In this document: positions 1-10,453 of the stretch, in pieces
How positions within the stretch are numbered: position 1 is the stretch's first letter
Layout of the letters: every line of letters starts with the position of its first letter
Source: an uncultured virus (IMG/VR IMGVR_UViG_3300006919_000003)
Taxonomy: Duplodnaviria > Heunggongvirae > Uroviricota > Caudoviricetes > Schitoviridae
Strand: one strand, 5' to 3'
Virus record (IMG/VR): IMGVR_UViG_3300006919_000003
DNA length: 64,000 nucleotides
Notes under the pieces: generated by a model
What the model saw: the letters and a program-made list of their open reading frames with translations, nothing else
Databases searched by the model: none
What the model was told of the DNA's origin: nothing
Position numbers and translations under genes: made by a program

Positions 1-36
1 AAGTAGTGGTGTTTTTGAATTGACATGTTTGGTTCC

Positions 37-2637
37 TTAATTACACCATTCAGCATAATGCTCATTGGCTAGTTTACGAATTTGGTCTTCAGAAGCTTCA
101 TTTGGAAGCTCAAGTTCAGCAGACCAATCAGGGTAGAAGATTGACAGTTCACCACCTAGACCAACGTCAGGGTGAGCGATATCAGGATGATCTTGCCAAT
201 TTACAGCCTCTACCAGATGCTCATTCATATACATGAGTGTCCCAATGTCATCGGGGATTATATAATATTGAGCGTCGTGTATATGAGCACATGGACGAAT
301 ATGCAACCGATATTTGCTCTTTCGCACTTTTTTCATGAACTCTGAAGCTGCTCTACTATTCAACAAACACCAGGATTGACCCAAAGCGTTACCCGCTGTA
401 CGTCCTTCTGCTGCTGCCTCAAAAGGTGTCTTTTTGTTACCAAGAATAACCTGTTTGAGAAGAGGGGTTCTAACACGTAAGCCAAAGGCTGCTGTGATAT
501 AACCATCTTTTGTTGCGTCTTGTAGTTTCTTATCCACCCAGTCATCAGACACTTTGTACATCTGATGATATTTCATCTCGATCATCTTTGCTTTCTCTTC
601 AGAGAAACCACAGTTGTTCATCAATGTGGAGAATGTTCCTTGATAAGTCAGAGCAAAAGTTGGAGCTTTTGACTCACCACGTTCAGCTTTGTATTTCTTT
701 GCGATAGAATTGATGCTTTCAACACTGTTTGGATCAATGTCAGGCATTTGGTCACCAAAGTAACCATAAGCTCTGAGACAGTGACCATCATAACCATCGG
801 TATAAACCTTTAGTTTCATTGGATCTTTTGTCGTCAGAGCAGAAATTCTATCTTCAAGAGATGCAAAATCCAAACCACAGAAGATATACCCTTTGGGTGC
901 TTTGAAACACCGTTTAATAGCCTTGGAGTATTTACTACTTGCTGGTAAATTCTGTAGGTTCGGATTACTAGACGATAAACGCCCAGAAACCGTACCACCG
1001 AGGTTAAAGTTACCAAACAGGTAGTAATTACCATCTGGCCCCATAGGAGCCTTCAGGAAGGCTGGTATAAACGCTGTGAGGATTTTATCCACAGATTTGA
1101 AATCGATCAAAGCCTGGATAAGCTCAAGTTCTAGTGGATCTTGAGTATGGTTGAGAAGTTTAGCAAGTGTTTTACCACCTGCTGCTGGTGCTTTGGAGTC
1201 GGTCAGATCCAATACAGGTAACCCCAGGAATTGCTTATCATATAAAATACGCTGCAACTGTGGATTACTGTTCGGATTGAACTCTTCTTTGGCATTAGCC
1301 ATCACTTCGATTTTAGTCTTAAGCTTCTCATTACGAGCAGCTACCCATTCTACATTAAGTTCATGGACAAAGCCCTGAACCAATGGTGATGCTTTCATCT
1401 TAGAGATTGCTGCATCAGAGTCAGCTTGTAGACTAGCTTGTACCTTCTTGACCTCATCCATATCCAAAGGCATCCCAGTGAGCTGCATTTGAATGATATC
1501 TACGATTGCATCTTTAAAGAGACCTTCATAAATATCTGTCTGATCGTCAGTTGTAAGTGTCGGATAGTGTTTCTCATGGACATACCATGTAGAAAGTCCA
1601 TCCACCAGATTGTACTCTAGGAGCTTCCACAGAGGGATTTGAGTAATATCCTCAATTTCCTCCACAGCATAGTTTCCTGCGTACTCCTGGGCTTGATATT
1701 TAAGCCCTAGCTTGTTTCCAGCACATGAGTTGGTAGCCAAGTAGGAGATGAGCTTTGTATCATCCCAATTAGACAACATGATATCGAGACCATCCAACAA
1801 ACCTTCTGTATCTAAGAGATCTTTCATGAACAATTGGTAGATCAATACATAGACATCATAACTGATGTTATGCCAAATCATCTTACGTTTATAACGACGG
1901 AAGAAGTCTTGTAACAAAGCTCTCACAGGTTCATTACGTTCCTGTGTGAAGTAAGGTGCATTAGTAGCCCCTTCACGTTCCTTGATATCTACAGGAAATG
2001 CCATACCCTCCTGCTTGTTCCAACAGAAAGTTATTGTACCGATCCCAGCATCGTAGTGCTTGAGGCTAAAAGCTTCAATATCGGATGTAAGGTCACAATC
2101 CATTGCAAGAAGACGCTCTAAACCGTCTTTAATCTCTTCATATGTATGAAGATATTCAGCAGTTTTGATAATCCCCTTACCAGGGTTTGTGTAACGTCCC
2201 AACATATGATCAGTCAAAGCATTCATTGCTTGATCAATACGAGCAACAACCTTTTCTGGATCATAAAAGATTGCTCTATAGTTTGGACAATAAACAACCT
2301 TAAAGTCACCGACAATACAATCAAGAACATAACCAGATGAAATTTCAACGTTTTTACTTTTGGTAAGAACTTTAAAATATTCAGCATCACAAACAACTAG
2401 ATATTTGGTCTGTAAGTCCATAAGAATGGGTAATAACTCATCCAAATAAGCTTTAATATCTTTTACAGGTGTTCTTTTGTTCTTTTTGTAGATATCATAT
2501 GCAATGATATCTTCACGGTAAGCAGAAAGATGCTTTTCAACGTAGTGTCGGGACATTTCCTCTTGATTGAGGGTAGGAACCAACAGAGCAATATCATATT
2601 GGTTCTTCTCTTTTTCGGAAAATGTCAAATATCTCAT
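37..2637 (-). CDS. DNA polymerase, family A (N4 gp39-like), with 3'-5' exonuclease domain
   Basis: Exo I DIE; TVSGRLSSSNPNLQNLP; motif A DFASLEDR; motif B RGESKAPTFALTYQG; motif C HIHDA. Confidence 0.97.
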   Translation of the reverse strand: MRYLTFSEKEKNQYDIALLVPTLNQEEMSRHYVEKHLSAYREDIIAYDIYKKNKRTPVKDIKAYLDELLPILMDLQTKYLVVCDAEYFKVLTKSKNVEISSGYVLDCIVGDFKVVYCPNYRAIFYDPEKVVARIDQAMNALTDHMLGRYTNPGKGIIKTAEYLHTYEEIKDGLERLLAMDCDLTSDIEAFSLKHYDAGIGTITFCWNKQEGMAFPVDIKEREGATNAPYFTQERNEPVRALLQDFFRRYKRKMIWHNISYDVYVLIYQLFMKDLLDTEGLLDGLDIMLSNWDDTKLISYLATNSCAGNKLGLKYQAQEYAGNYAVEEIEDITQIPLWKLLEYNLVDGLSTWYVHEKHYPTLTTDDQTDIYEGLFKDAIVDIIQMQLTGMPLDMDEVKKVQASLQADSDAAISKMKASPLVQGFVHELNVEWVAARNEKLKTKIEVMANAKEEFNPNSNPQLQRILYDKQFLGLPVLDLTDSKAPAAGGKTLAKLLNHTQDPLELELIQALIDFKSVDKILTAFIPAFLKAPMGPDGNYYLFGNFNLGGTVSGRLSSSNPNLQNLPASSKYSKAIKRCFKAPKGYIFCGLDFASLEDRISALTTKDPMKLKVYTDGYDGHCLRAYGYFGDQMPDIDPNSVESINSIAKKYKAERGESKAPTFALTYQGTFSTLMNNCGFSEEKAKMIEMKYHQMYKVSDDWVDKKLQDATKDGYITAAFGLRVRTPLLKQVILGNKKTPFEAAAEGRTAGNALGQSWCLLNSRAASEFMKKVRKSKYRLHIRPCAHIHDAQYYIIPDDIGTLMYMNEHLVEAVNWQDHPDIAHPDVGLGGELSIFYPDWSAELELPNEASEDQIRKLANEHYAEWCN

Positions 2638-3188
2638 TACAGCAAAATCCTATTCATTAGATAATACTCAACTAACTTCTCAGCTTTTTCAAACTGGGTC
2701 AGAAATAGAGCATTATCAGTGAAGTTGTACAAAGGATCCCTGGTTCGGGTAAATCCTTGATATGTCTGGATCCCATTCGTAAATAAACTGGGTAAACTAT
2801 CAAAGATATCCTGAAGGTCATTGCACTGAGCAACGACAACTACCAGAGATTGTTTGATCTTCTGTCTGTCTTTTTCTCTTCTCTGAAGAAGCTCTCTAAC
2901 GTAGTGAGCATCCTTTTCCAGATCAGTATGAATAGTCGGTAACTGCTTGTTAGTCAACTCGTAGGGTTTCAGTAGACAGAAACGCTCACCAAAATAATAG
3001 TAACCCTCAACGGAACCACCTGCTTCAGCATTTGAAGCTATTACTTTTTTGAGTGTATCTTTGTAGATTGACCCTTCGAGTTCAAAGATCTGATTCAATA
3101 TTTGTTCAACTACATCAGCTCTTGACATATTAAGCTCCTTGATACCTCTCAGGTAAGTGACCGAAGAGATAAACTTTGTCTGTTGCAC
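2637..3188 (-). CDS. Hypothetical protein between helicase and polymerase (N4 gp38 position)
   Basis: ORF with N4-like synteny; true start probably the internal MSRADV. Confidence 0.75.
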   Translation of the reverse strand: MQQTKFISSVTYLRGIKELNMSRADVVEQILNQIFELEGSIYKDTLKKVIASNAEAGGSVEGYYYFGERFCLLKPYELTNKQLPTIHTDLEKDAHYVRELLQRREKDRQKIKQSLVVVVAQCNDLQDIFDSLPSLFTNGIQTYQGFTRTRDPLYNFTDNALFLTQFEKAEKLVEYYLMNRILL

Positions 3189-4422
3189 GGGAAGCAGCTA
3201 CGTAAAGCATACGTGCTGTTTGATCGGACATATTACATTGACCGATGTTACCGAGATCAATAACGACAGATTCATGGGTACTTCCTTGCGCCTTGTACAC
3301 AGTTGCAGCATCCTTTTGACGAAGATCTGGGAACATGTCTTTCATTTTGAAATACATAACCCATTTCTTGTTTTTGGCGTAATATTTAGACAATTCCTTA
3401 CGATGGTTATCATCTTTTGGAATCTTCACTTCGTAATCTTGACCACTTGATAGATCTCGAATCTTGGCTGGATATACATCCAAACCAACAGTGATATCAT
3501 CAGGATCAAAAGCCTCAATTACAGATTGTGTTGCAATTTCCATGATCTGGAATTCACGTTCGATCTTTAAGAGGTTTTTACCAACCTTTAGAGCTGTACC
3601 ATTGATCAGAATTTCACCTTTGGTAAAATGATCAGGATACCCACGAACCTTACGAATGTATTCGTTAAATTCCTGGACTCGTCTGTTGGTATAACAGAGG
3701 ATACGAGAATCGACATCCTCCTGCTTGAAGTGTGTTTTCAGTAAGTGTTCCATCTTGTTATCATTGCAATATTCAATGACACCTGGGACTTCAACAATTG
3801 GTTTAAAGATCTTAGTTTCAACTGTTTCACGCAACTGAGTACAAAGATCCATAAGAGCATTTTGATTAGCATTACGAACAGGTTGTTTAAGATCAACAAA
3901 GTTATTGTTGTTCATATACACTTGTGAGATTGTTTCAGCTACAGGAGCCATCTGACAGTGATCACCGATATATATGATTTTACAAGTCTTATCAGTACCT
4001 TCTAAAAGGTATTGATGTAGTTTCTTGTCAATCATAGAAGCTTCATCAATGAAGATGATGCTATTAGAGTGAACTTTCCAGTTGGCTGTCTTGGTGATAT
4101 TAGACTTTCCAGTCTTATAATCATCAGTGACTTTTAAAGCCATGAAGCTATGAATTGTAACGGTGGGGAAGCTGGTTGAAGAGGCCAGTACCTCTGCTGC
4201 TTTGTTGGTTGTAGCAGTCAAATGGATAGTGTAATCGATTGGCTTTTCACCAAGAAGTTTACACATATCAGCATAATCTTTCATGCTTGTATCCATGATA
4301 TGTTTCATCATGAATGTTTTACCTGTGCCAGCAGCACCAGATAAAATAAATTCCTTATCTGAAAAGATAAGGAACTTTAAAACTGCATCAGCAGCAATTG
4401 TTTGATCATTGTTTAATGGCAT
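3130..4422 (-). CDS. SF1 Dda/RecD-like DNA helicase
   Basis: Walker A GAAGTGKT, DEASM, GDHCQ, KAQGST, YVAASRA. Confidence 0.95.
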   Translation of the reverse strand: MPLNNDQTIAADAVLKFLIFSDKEFILSGAAGTGKTFMMKHIMDTSMKDYADMCKLLGEKPIDYTIHLTATTNKAAEVLASSTSFPTVTIHSFMALKVTDDYKTGKSNITKTANWKVHSNSIIFIDEASMIDKKLHQYLLEGTDKTCKIIYIGDHCQMAPVAETISQVYMNNNNFVDLKQPVRNANQNALMDLCTQLRETVETKIFKPIVEVPGVIEYCNDNKMEHLLKTHFKQEDVDSRILCYTNRRVQEFNEYIRKVRGYPDHFTKGEILINGTALKVGKNLLKIEREFQIMEIATQSVIEAFDPDDITVGLDVYPAKIRDLSSGQDYEVKIPKDDNHRKELSKYYAKNKKWVMYFKMKDMFPDLRQKDAATVYKAQGSTHESVVIDLGNIGQCNMSDQTARMLYVAASRATDKVYLFGHLPERYQGA

Positions 4423-4431
4423 ATTTACTCT

Positions 4432-4620
4432 CTATGGCCTTCTTAGGCTTCTCTCGTGATCATCTCTACACTCTCGATTACAATATCTTCGCTCTACGAC
4501 AGGTTCGTCGCATGACAAGCAAAAACCAGAGAAAGGTTGTGGTTTAGCTTGAGCGTTTTGAAGAGATGTTTTGAGATATAGATCACTAATTCTGTTCGCA
4601 TTATCAGCAATATCTGCCAT
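4432..4620 (-). CDS. TraR/DksA-like C4 zinc-finger protein (62 aa)
   Basis: Start MADIADNA (DxxDxA) with SD TAGGA; CxxC...CxxxC zinc site. Confidence 0.7.
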   Translation of the reverse strand: MADIADNANRISDLYLKTSLQNAQAKPQPFSGFCLSCDEPVVERRYCNRECRDDHERSLRRP

Positions 4621-4644
4621 GATTTTTCCTAACGTAGAATATAA

Positions 4645-4671
4645 AAGATGGATGCTTAAAGCATCCATCTT
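4645..4671 (-). terminator. Intrinsic terminator after rIIB
   Basis: Perfect 12-bp inverted repeat AAGATGGATGCT-TAA-AGCATCCATCTT running into a short T-tract on the minus strand. Confidence 0.7.
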
Positions 4672-4686
4672 AAATGTTAATGGCAG

Positions 4687-6132
4687 TTATAGCCCAAACT
4701 TATTGAGCCATCTACCGAATGTACGCAAGCTGGTATTCACCAAGTTTGCAGCTTCGGTTTTAGTCATACCACCAGATAGGAAAGCGTCAATAGCTTTTTG
4801 TTGTTCTGGGGTCGCACCATCCAACTTTTTACCTTTTGGTTCAGGCTGTTCAAGTGATGATCGTTTATCGATCCAACGACCAAGAGTACGTGTGCTGGTA
4901 TTACATTGTTTTGCAATCTCAGCTTTAGACAGTTTACCTTCATCAAGCAGTTTGAATGCTTTCTGTTGGTTAGCTGTTGTTTTGATAACAGCATCTGCCT
5001 TCTTACGTAGGTTCTTTGGTGATACTTTAGAAGAATCAGCAACCTTACCATCCACATCAATAGCTGTAGTTGGTTTAGATTTAACAGAAGGTTTTTGACT
5101 TTTCTTAACACCTGTCGGAGTGATAATTACACCTTCACCATGATGACCAGTGATTTCCACTGTTTCAATAGGTTCACTGTGTTTACCTGCAATGATAGAA
5201 CCAAGAAGCTCTTTCATTCCTTTAACTTCCGTCATAGGTAGGTTATTAGCCAAAGCTGAAGCAGCTTCAACTGGAAGACGTTCGATAATGTGATAACCAG
5301 ATACACGAACTTTGTTGGCATCATATTGAGGTACTGCAATGAAGTCTTCTGGTGCTATCTTACAGATAAGAACAGGATCAGTACCACTTCTGAAACCACC
5401 AACATACCCACGTCGAGCAATGTGCAGACCATTTGAACAATCATTACGATTATCCGCATCTACCAAAGATTCTTTCATAAATACCTTGGATCCAACACGT
5501 TGTTTGACCTTACAGGTATGTTTATCAACGAAAGTACCTTTCACTGATGTGTTTGCAAGAACCTTGTATGCAATTACACAACCATCATCAGCAATAGGTA
5601 AATCTGCTTTCTCCATGAATTTCATGAGATCTTCAACCGAATGAGATCGTTTGTCGATCACAGTTGAGATTCTTTTTAAGAATGCAGTCATACCTTTGGG
5701 GTTTGTTTTGTTGGAGTGGGTGAATTGCTTCTCCAATTTCTCCATGTCTGGGATGATTTTATCATCGACAACAGCGACAATAGTTTCATCATCAGCAACA
5801 GTCATTGAGGTAGGTTTATCACCCATTTCAACAATATCCTGAACAGTGATATTGCTGTTTGCATCTGGGTGCAAGATACCACGAACTATTTCTCGACCTA
5901 CTTTAAAGAAGACGATAACACCTTCTGTAGCTGCTTCAAAAGCTTGAGTAACAGCATATTCAGAGATATCGACTTCAGCTTTTTGATGTTGTGCAATTTT
6001 TGGAAGCACAGCATCAACGATGTCTTGAGTTCGGTAATCATCGGATTTGAGAATTACCGTACCCCCATCAATTTTGTAGAGCGTAATTTGCTCTTTGTCT
6101 GCGATAGCCGCAACAACGGTTATTGTAGTCAT
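4687..6132 (-). CDS. rIIB: rIIB-like protein with two C-terminal HTH repeats
   Basis: DGCVIAYK, CSNGLHI, PEDFIAVP motifs; repeats AEIAKQCNTSTRTLGRW / TEAANLVNTSLRTFGRW; adjacent to rIIA. Confidence 0.9.
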   Translation of the reverse strand: MTTITVVAAIADKEQITLYKIDGGTVILKSDDYRTQDIVDAVLPKIAQHQKAEVDISEYAVTQAFEAATEGVIVFFKVGREIVRGILHPDANSNITVQDIVEMGDKPTSMTVADDETIVAVVDDKIIPDMEKLEKQFTHSNKTNPKGMTAFLKRISTVIDKRSHSVEDLMKFMEKADLPIADDGCVIAYKVLANTSVKGTFVDKHTCKVKQRVGSKVFMKESLVDADNRNDCSNGLHIARRGYVGGFRSGTDPVLICKIAPEDFIAVPQYDANKVRVSGYHIIERLPVEAASALANNLPMTEVKGMKELLGSIIAGKHSEPIETVEITGHHGEGVIITPTGVKKSQKPSVKSKPTTAIDVDGKVADSSKVSPKNLRKKADAVIKTTANQQKAFKLLDEGKLSKAEIAKQCNTSTRTLGRWIDKRSSLEQPEPKGKKLDGATPEQQKAIDAFLSGGMTKTEAANLVNTSLRTFGRWLNKFGL

Positions 6133-6135
6133 AAT

Positions 6136-8517
6136 TTACTCCTTCAGAGCAAGATTGAGCAGTTTAATCATAACTGCTTTTTCTGTTTCTGATCCACTCT
6201 CAATAGCTGAGAGAGCATCACGAAGATCGATAGTATTAAAGACCTTCAAGGAAAGAACATCACTGATCTTCTTAGAATCTTCTCTAAGTTTCTCAACAGC
6301 ATTGAAATGCTCTTTCATTAAGTCTGTGTGTTCATATGAAAGTGAACGACTGCTTTTACTGTTGTACATACTGTAAAACAGTTTAGCCATTTGCTTATCT
6401 TTAGAAGACTTAAGCAACATAATACCCATCTTCTTTCGAAGATTGGGGATATGTTTGAACAACTTTCTATAGTTAGTCAGATCCTTACTATAGTATGAGT
6501 TGTTACTGAACCTTGTCAGGTCTAGTTTATTAAGGAATTTTGGATTATCCTTAATATACTTAACCATAGTCTTGAAGAGATCATCGATAGAGTTGATAGC
6601 ACCCTTCGATATTTGCGAGTCATATGAGGTTTTGTTACGCAATACTACTGTATCAGGATAAAGTTCCAAGAGTGTTCGGAAACTTGTATTACCCCAACCA
6701 TCAATGATATGATTACCATCATCAGATCGATTGAACACAACATATTTTGGTTCCTCAAGACGTTCATGTTCTTCATCATCAAGACTGTTCACAGAATAAT
6801 TACCGTATTCATTCAAACAATTTTTCAGATACATGAAACCTTTAGGTTTTGGTTTTTTTGGCTCTGTATCGGAGATCACACCATAATCGATACGCTCTTC
6901 AACGATGTGAAGGACATCTGTATATTTTAGTGAACTCTTATTCAGAGTTTCAATAACACGTTCTCTGGCCTTCTTAGTGGCCCCTGGTCTAATGACCAAA
7001 CGAGATGTGTATGTGAAACCAATGTGCTCAGTTACAGCATATTCTGATGAAGCAAGAAGTATATCATCCACATTGATAAGAGGAAGCTTATCAAGAACAG
7101 ATACAGTTCTCATTTTGTGGTTTTTGCTGGTAGATCTTTGAGTGATACGTATCATATCACGATCATCACCCAGGATTTTACTTACCTCAAAAATCATATG
7201 ACGAGTAATGATAGCATTCAAGCGATCAGTCATGTGAAAGTTTCGTGTATTCAGTTTAAGGTACTTATCGAGTGAACGATAAATCTTCTTATACTTAGGC
7301 TCATGTTTAAGCAAATAAGCCACATACTTGCTCGCACAACTGTACAATTCAGTTTCACGTAAGTTGTTATTCACACCTTTGAGGATACAATACTTTGCTA
7401 GATCCTCATAAGTGTGGATTTCACTTTCCAGGATCTGCTTAATAGCAGGTACTTCCTTATTTATTGTATCGTTCGCTAAATGAAAAAAGAGATTATGAAA
7501 CTTTTGTTCAGCAATAGCATGATCACAAGATAGCTTCACCAAGCTTTGTAGCGAGTTGCTATCAAGACTCTTTAGCTTATCGCAAAAACGTTTCAAGATA
7601 CGTGCTATTGTATCACGAGTTTGTTCGGTTTGAGACAAACCTTCACGGCTTGGTGTTACTGCAATTGTGTTTGGAGGAGCTGAGAAGATGACCATCTTAT
7701 TTGATCTATTATAACGAAATTCCCCTTCATTGAAGATTTTAGAAATTTCCTCATATTCAGAAATATATTCATCAGCTTTTTGGATCGGATAAACTACAGA
7801 TCCATATTTAATGAAGATATTGCCTTCAACATTCAAATGACTGGTTTTCTCAGTAAAAACGAAACCATTATCAAATAGAGAATAATCAAGAGTTTCAATA
7901 GCTTCTCCGTTGAATGTTGCGTTAATACCACCATAGAATACGACATTTTTGATCACACGACTGAAACGTAGATAGTCATTCTCATTTTTAATGGGCATTG
8001 ATACTTCGATACCACGTCCCTTATCGTCAGGAACTGATACAACAGTACGAATGTCAGGTTTACCACCTGTTTCAACAGAACCACGAGAGATAGCATACAC
8101 TGTACGAACACCATCGTGCCAATTGGTTACTGTAAAGTGGTCAGTGTAAGCAAAGGGAGCTTTAGAACCTAATCCAAAACCCCCTGTTTCTTTATCGCTC
8201 TTTGTCTTGGTAGAATCACCATAGACACAATAAATTGCCCGAATGTCTTCATGAGGAATACCAGTACCATAATCACGGATTGTAAGTTTATCCATGCTTA
8301 CAGTAATATCCATTGGCTTGTCTTCAATATTTGCAACGATATGAGAATCCCAACCATTACAAATAATTTCCCTGGAAACAGCCAGGATCTTATCAGAATA
8401 AAGGGTATCTGATAGGATTGTGAAGAACTCTGCACTGTCTGACATACCGAACGCTTGTACGTCCTGACCGCCAATAACAGCATGAGTGTCCATGTTTTCA
8501 ACATGAGAGACTTTCAT
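6136..8517 (-). CDS. rIIA: rIIA-like protein (N-terminal GHKL/Hsp90-type ATPase)
   Basis: LYSDK..REIICNGWD, IRDYGTGI, GGFGLGSKAPFAY, TPSREGL; start MKVSH with SD AAGGA. Confidence 0.92.
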   Translation of the reverse strand: MKVSHVENMDTHAVIGGQDVQAFGMSDSAEFFTILSDTLYSDKILAVSREIICNGWDSHIVANIEDKPMDITVSMDKLTIRDYGTGIPHEDIRAIYCVYGDSTKTKSDKETGGFGLGSKAPFAYTDHFTVTNWHDGVRTVYAISRGSVETGGKPDIRTVVSVPDDKGRGIEVSMPIKNENDYLRFSRVIKNVVFYGGINATFNGEAIETLDYSLFDNGFVFTEKTSHLNVEGNIFIKYGSVVYPIQKADEYISEYEEISKIFNEGEFRYNRSNKMVIFSAPPNTIAVTPSREGLSQTEQTRDTIARILKRFCDKLKSLDSNSLQSLVKLSCDHAIAEQKFHNLFFHLANDTINKEVPAIKQILESEIHTYEDLAKYCILKGVNNNLRETELYSCASKYVAYLLKHEPKYKKIYRSLDKYLKLNTRNFHMTDRLNAIITRHMIFEVSKILGDDRDMIRITQRSTSKNHKMRTVSVLDKLPLINVDDILLASSEYAVTEHIGFTYTSRLVIRPGATKKARERVIETLNKSSLKYTDVLHIVEERIDYGVISDTEPKKPKPKGFMYLKNCLNEYGNYSVNSLDDEEHERLEEPKYVVFNRSDDGNHIIDGWGNTSFRTLLELYPDTVVLRNKTSYDSQISKGAINSIDDLFKTMVKYIKDNPKFLNKLDLTRFSNNSYYSKDLTNYRKLFKHIPNLRKKMGIMLLKSSKDKQMAKLFYSMYNSKSSRSLSYEHTDLMKEHFNAVEKLREDSKKISDVLSLKVFNTIDLRDALSAIESGSETEKAVMIKLLNLALKE

Positions 8518-8521
8518 TGAT

Positions 8522-9007
8522 TTATTCCTTGTTGATAGCTTTAGAAAGATTGTGAACTTTTCGGTACAAATCACCGAGTGTACCATCATTAAAGATCACA
8601 ATATCTGCGAGTTCACGAGTCAACGTCATAGAATCTGAACCTTCTGGTTCAAATCCAGGTCGTTCAACCCAAATTATGAGATCGAAAAGATGTTTTGCTC
8701 CCTCAAATTCTTCAATGTTACGCAATCCGCAATAGATATCGTAATCTTTTAGAATTTCAGTAGCCAAGCGAGAAGGGTTTTCATCGTTATATGCTTTAAT
8801 AGTGTTGAACCAGTGAGCACGATGATTATGACGATCATTGTAGCATTCTTCCCAGTTTTCATATTTATCCAACATGGTAGGGTAGACTACATTCATCGCA
8901 CAGAATTCAGATGATGATACAAAAGCATAATCATCCACCTTACAGAGCATTTCACACACAGTATCTTTACCGTGTCTTCCATACCCAATTACGAGTAGTT
9001 TCTTCAT
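8522..9007 (-). CDS. Deoxynucleoside monophosphate kinase-like P-loop protein
   Basis: GYGRHGKDT P-loop; GLRNIEE; ADIVIFNDGTL; SD GGAGG. Confidence 0.75.
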   Translation of the reverse strand: MKKLLVIGYGRHGKDTVCEMLCKVDDYAFVSSSEFCAMNVVYPTMLDKYENWEECYNDRHNHRAHWFNTIKAYNDENPSRLATEILKDYDIYCGLRNIEEFEGAKHLFDLIIWVERPGFEPEGSDSMTLTRELADIVIFNDGTLGDLYRKVHNLSKAINKE

Positions 9008-9008
9008 A

Positions 9009-9542
9009 TTAATAAGCCTCCGTAAAGCCTTGACGGGTTTTAGCTGCTTCCATAACCTCATCAACTGAGATGATAGGTTGTGTATTCAGCTCTTGAGCAG
9101 AAGAAACAACATAGTCACGTAATTTCCTCCAATTTTTAGTGCTAAGAGCTTCAGGAAGAGTATTGGCTGCAAATAGGTAGCATTCCAATACATCCATACA
9201 CTTTAGGAAAGCATATTCGTCTTCAGTTAACTCAAGCGGTGCAATCGTTCGATTAATACGAACGCCAAGTTCCAGTTTGTCAAAAGATTCTGCAAGAACA
9301 GGATCCAATTTTTTAACTGGGCTTGGTAGATCTGCTGAAAAGCGTTCACCTGTATCGTGGGCTGCTGCTTCAATCAGAAGATTCTTTGATGGGTTTGGGT
9401 GACACATCAACACAAGCATCATCACACCCCATTGATGAGCTGCATCGGTTTGACCAAAACGAGCAAATCTAGGGTGTGTATGATATCTTTGAACCAAACC
9501 CGATTCATATGTGTTGATGATACGATCAACGAGTTTCGACAT
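9009..9542 (-). CDS. HD-domain phosphohydrolase (YfbR/DatZ-like)
   Basis: RYH...AAHQWGV...AHDTGE...DLPSPVK...KCMD metal-binding pattern. Confidence 0.82.
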   Translation of the reverse strand: MSKLVDRIINTYESGLVQRYHTHPRFARFGQTDAAHQWGVMMLVLMCHPNPSKNLLIEAAAHDTGERFSADLPSPVKKLDPVLAESFDKLELGVRINRTIAPLELTEDEYAFLKCMDVLECYLFAANTLPEALSTKNWRKLRDYVVSSAQELNTQPIISVDEVMEAAKTRQGFTEAY

Positions 9543-10443
9543 TTTGATGTTCCTTCAAAATTGCGAGTTTCTTGTTGAATTCAAGTACCTCTGATTTACT
9601 GAAATCAGGTAACCATTTCGCATCAAACAACTCAGGAAGCATATTAGAGATGATTTTAAGTTCTGGTTCTGAGAAGGTTACTGCATTCATACGATACTTC
9701 ATGAATGCAGAATGGGTCATTGGAACCCATTGTTTGACAAGATCCATCATAATGTCAGCATAAGCTCTGATCTCATATTGTGCATGACTGTCTGCTCTAA
9801 GACGTAGGAAATGCAACAGATTATGAAGATCAATCTTCCAATAACATTCTGTATAAACGTTTACTGGAATTGCCATACGAGCAAGTTCACGGGATAGACC
9901 GTAATCACCGCCTTTATTTTCTGGTTCTGAAAGAATGCGATAGTCTTCATAAGAGCTTGCTGCATTGAGTTTTAGTATCTCAAGGATCTCACATGCCTCT
10001 TGGTGATCAAACACCTGCTCACGGCCTTGTTTGTCTGTTTTAGACTGTTTTGCAAGATGTTCAGGAAGCGGAATATAAAACTCATCATTCAAAATAGAAT
10101 AACGAGCTGAATATTCATTTACATTTGCTGTACGGTGACGGATCCATTGACGCATAACAAAGATAGGCATCTTGATGTGGAATTTGATTTCACACATCTC
10201 AAATGGACTGGTATGAGCCAAACGCATAAGACGGTTGATCAACCCTTGTGGTGAACTGGTTGCAGTTGTACCCTTACCATAAGAGGTTCTTGCAGCTTCT
10301 GAAATAGATTCATCCACACCCATATAATCGACTACACGGATAAAACCATGATCGAGTACAGGGAAAGCATGACCTAGAATAGCTTCAAGGGCATCTGAAA
10401 CAGGTTTTTGAACTGCACATGAAGTGTCAATTTCTCGTTTCAT
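9526..10443 (-). CDS. thyX: Flavin-dependent thymidylate synthase
   Basis: HTSPFE, RQWIRHRTANVNEYSARYS, RADSHAQYEIR. Confidence 0.97.
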   Translation of the reverse strand: MKREIDTSCAVQKPVSDALEAILGHAFPVLDHGFIRVVDYMGVDESISEAARTSYGKGTTATSSPQGLINRLMRLAHTSPFEMCEIKFHIKMPIFVMRQWIRHRTANVNEYSARYSILNDEFYIPLPEHLAKQSKTDKQGREQVFDHQEACEILEILKLNAASSYEDYRILSEPENKGGDYGLSRELARMAIPVNVYTECYWKIDLHNLLHFLRLRADSHAQYEIRAYADIMMDLVKQWVPMTHSAFMKYRMNAVTFSEPELKIISNMLPELFDAKWLPDFSKSEVLEFNKKLAILKEHQNVETR

Positions 10444-10453
10444 ATTTTTAATC

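Noticed and set aside
9009..9542. DatZ of a 2-aminoadenine (Z-genome) pathway
   Set aside because: No PurZ or MazZ is visible in the window and the neighbours are thymidylate genes. It cannot be fully excluded because part of the genome is outside the window.
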